Shown here piece after piece: positions 63,318-64,000 of a stretch of 64,000 nt of DNA. The DNA is from Entomortierella parvispora E1425 (taxonomy: Eukaryota > Fungi > Mortierellomycota): NCBI GenBank assembly GCA_020891255.1, contig BQFW01000002.1, forward strand, positions 1,302,001 to 1,366,000, in the 5' to 3' direction. Under the pieces are notes generated by a model, which saw nothing but the letters and a program-made list of their open reading frames with translations, ran no database searches and had not been told where the DNA came from. Both the position numbers and the translations under genes were made by a program. How positions within the stretch are numbered: the first letter of the stretch is position 1; every line of letters begins with the position of its first letter.

Positions 63318-64000
63318 ATGGTTCTCAAGTCCACCTTCACTTTTATCGCTGTGGCCGCTTTGGCCATCTTCACCGCTGCCCCCCAGCAGGCGGATGCTCA
63401 CTCTTGGGCTGACTGCATTGACTGGAAGTTCAAAAACTCCAAGAACGGCGTTGCTGGCAAGCAGGGCCAGGACTGGAGTGACAATCAGGGCAAGTGCCAG
63501 GGTTACGCTCGTCGTTACCCCTTGAACAAGGCCTTTGGCTCCTTGGACTCTGCCTACCCCAGCCGTCATTACCAGCAGGTCAACAAGAACCCCGACAGCG
63601 CCCTCCCTTGCTCCAACCGCAAGGCCGGTAAGGAGCCCGGTTCGGACGAGACCCGTGCCAACCCCGTCTCCAAGGCCTATGGTGGCAAGTTTGGTCGCAT
63701 GACCGTCACCACCGTCGGTGACACCCTCTGCGTTCGCTGGCCCGCCAAGAACCACGCGGCCAAGAACGAGAAGAACCTCCCTGTTTACATCAACCTGTCC
63801 AAGGTCCGCAACGGCAAGGACATTAGCCAGAAGGAGTTGCTCAAGAACAACATTGCCAAGCTTCCTTACAAGAACTGCCGTCCCGGAAAGAACGAGGACC
63901 GTCGTGCCTGCGGTGGATGCTTCAAGGTCCCCGTCCGTGCCGCCGGTGTCTACTTGCTTCAGTGGCGCTGGATGTTGAACAAGAACGAGTGGTACACTTC
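63318..64000 (+). CDS. Secreted LPMO-like (His-brace) protein, paralog 2 (3' end off-window; absent from the ORF track)
   Basis: MVLKSTFTFIAVAALAIFTAAPQQADA|HSWADCIDW...CVRWPAKNH...CGGCFKVP...YLLQWRWMLNKNEWYT; open to base 64000; colinear with paralog 1. Confidence 0.8.
   Translation, partial: MVLKSTFTFIAVAALAIFTAAPQQADAHSWADCIDWKFKNSKNGVAGKQGQDWSDNQGKCQGYARRYPLNKAFGSLDSAYPSRHYQQVNKNPDSALPCSNRKAGKEPGSDETRANPVSKAYGGKFGRMTVTTVGDTLCVRWPAKNHAAKNEKNLPVYINLSKVRNGKDISQKELLKNNIAKLPYKNCRPGKNEDRRACGGCFKVPVRAAGVYLLQWRWMLNKNEWYT

Noticed and set aside
46672-64000. Cell-surface and glycan genes as a functional gene cluster
   Set aside because: They are interleaved with BUD13 and long intergenic tracts, and no shared motif was seen; chance adjacency is sufficient apart from the tandem paralog pair.

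Overview
Gene-dense, intron-containing fungal DNA. Gene content, intron style and protein style suggest Mortierellaceae/Mucoromycota, which is an inference and not verified. Housekeeping genes: alpha-tubulin, proteasome alpha-1, ABCF2/Arb1, an F-box protein, a mitochondrial carrier, Pxr1/PinX1, Ctr9, an ankyrin-UBA protein, a PQ-loop protein, Dsn1/Mis13, Vtc1 and Bud13. Cell-surface and glycan genes: GT11-like and GT54-like glycosyltransferases, a GPI-type Ser/Thr-rich protein and a PI-PLC-like protein. Four regions stand out. (1) At the right end, two tandem secreted paralogs carry the residue pattern of a copper-binding LPMO (His immediately after the signal peptide, a second His in WPAKNH, and E-W-Y-T-S-C-A-D-I) but have an unusual HSW start. 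(2) At the left edge, a large spliced but frameshifted minus-strand ORF resembles Fanzor1/TnpB-derived proteins and runs off the window. (3) A 211-bp MITE-like element has perfect 30-bp terminal inverted repeats. (4) A ~1.2-kb higher-order tandem repeat has a 421-bp unit. No tRNA, rRNA or CRISPR array was found. All family assignments come from motif recognition by eye; no searches were run.
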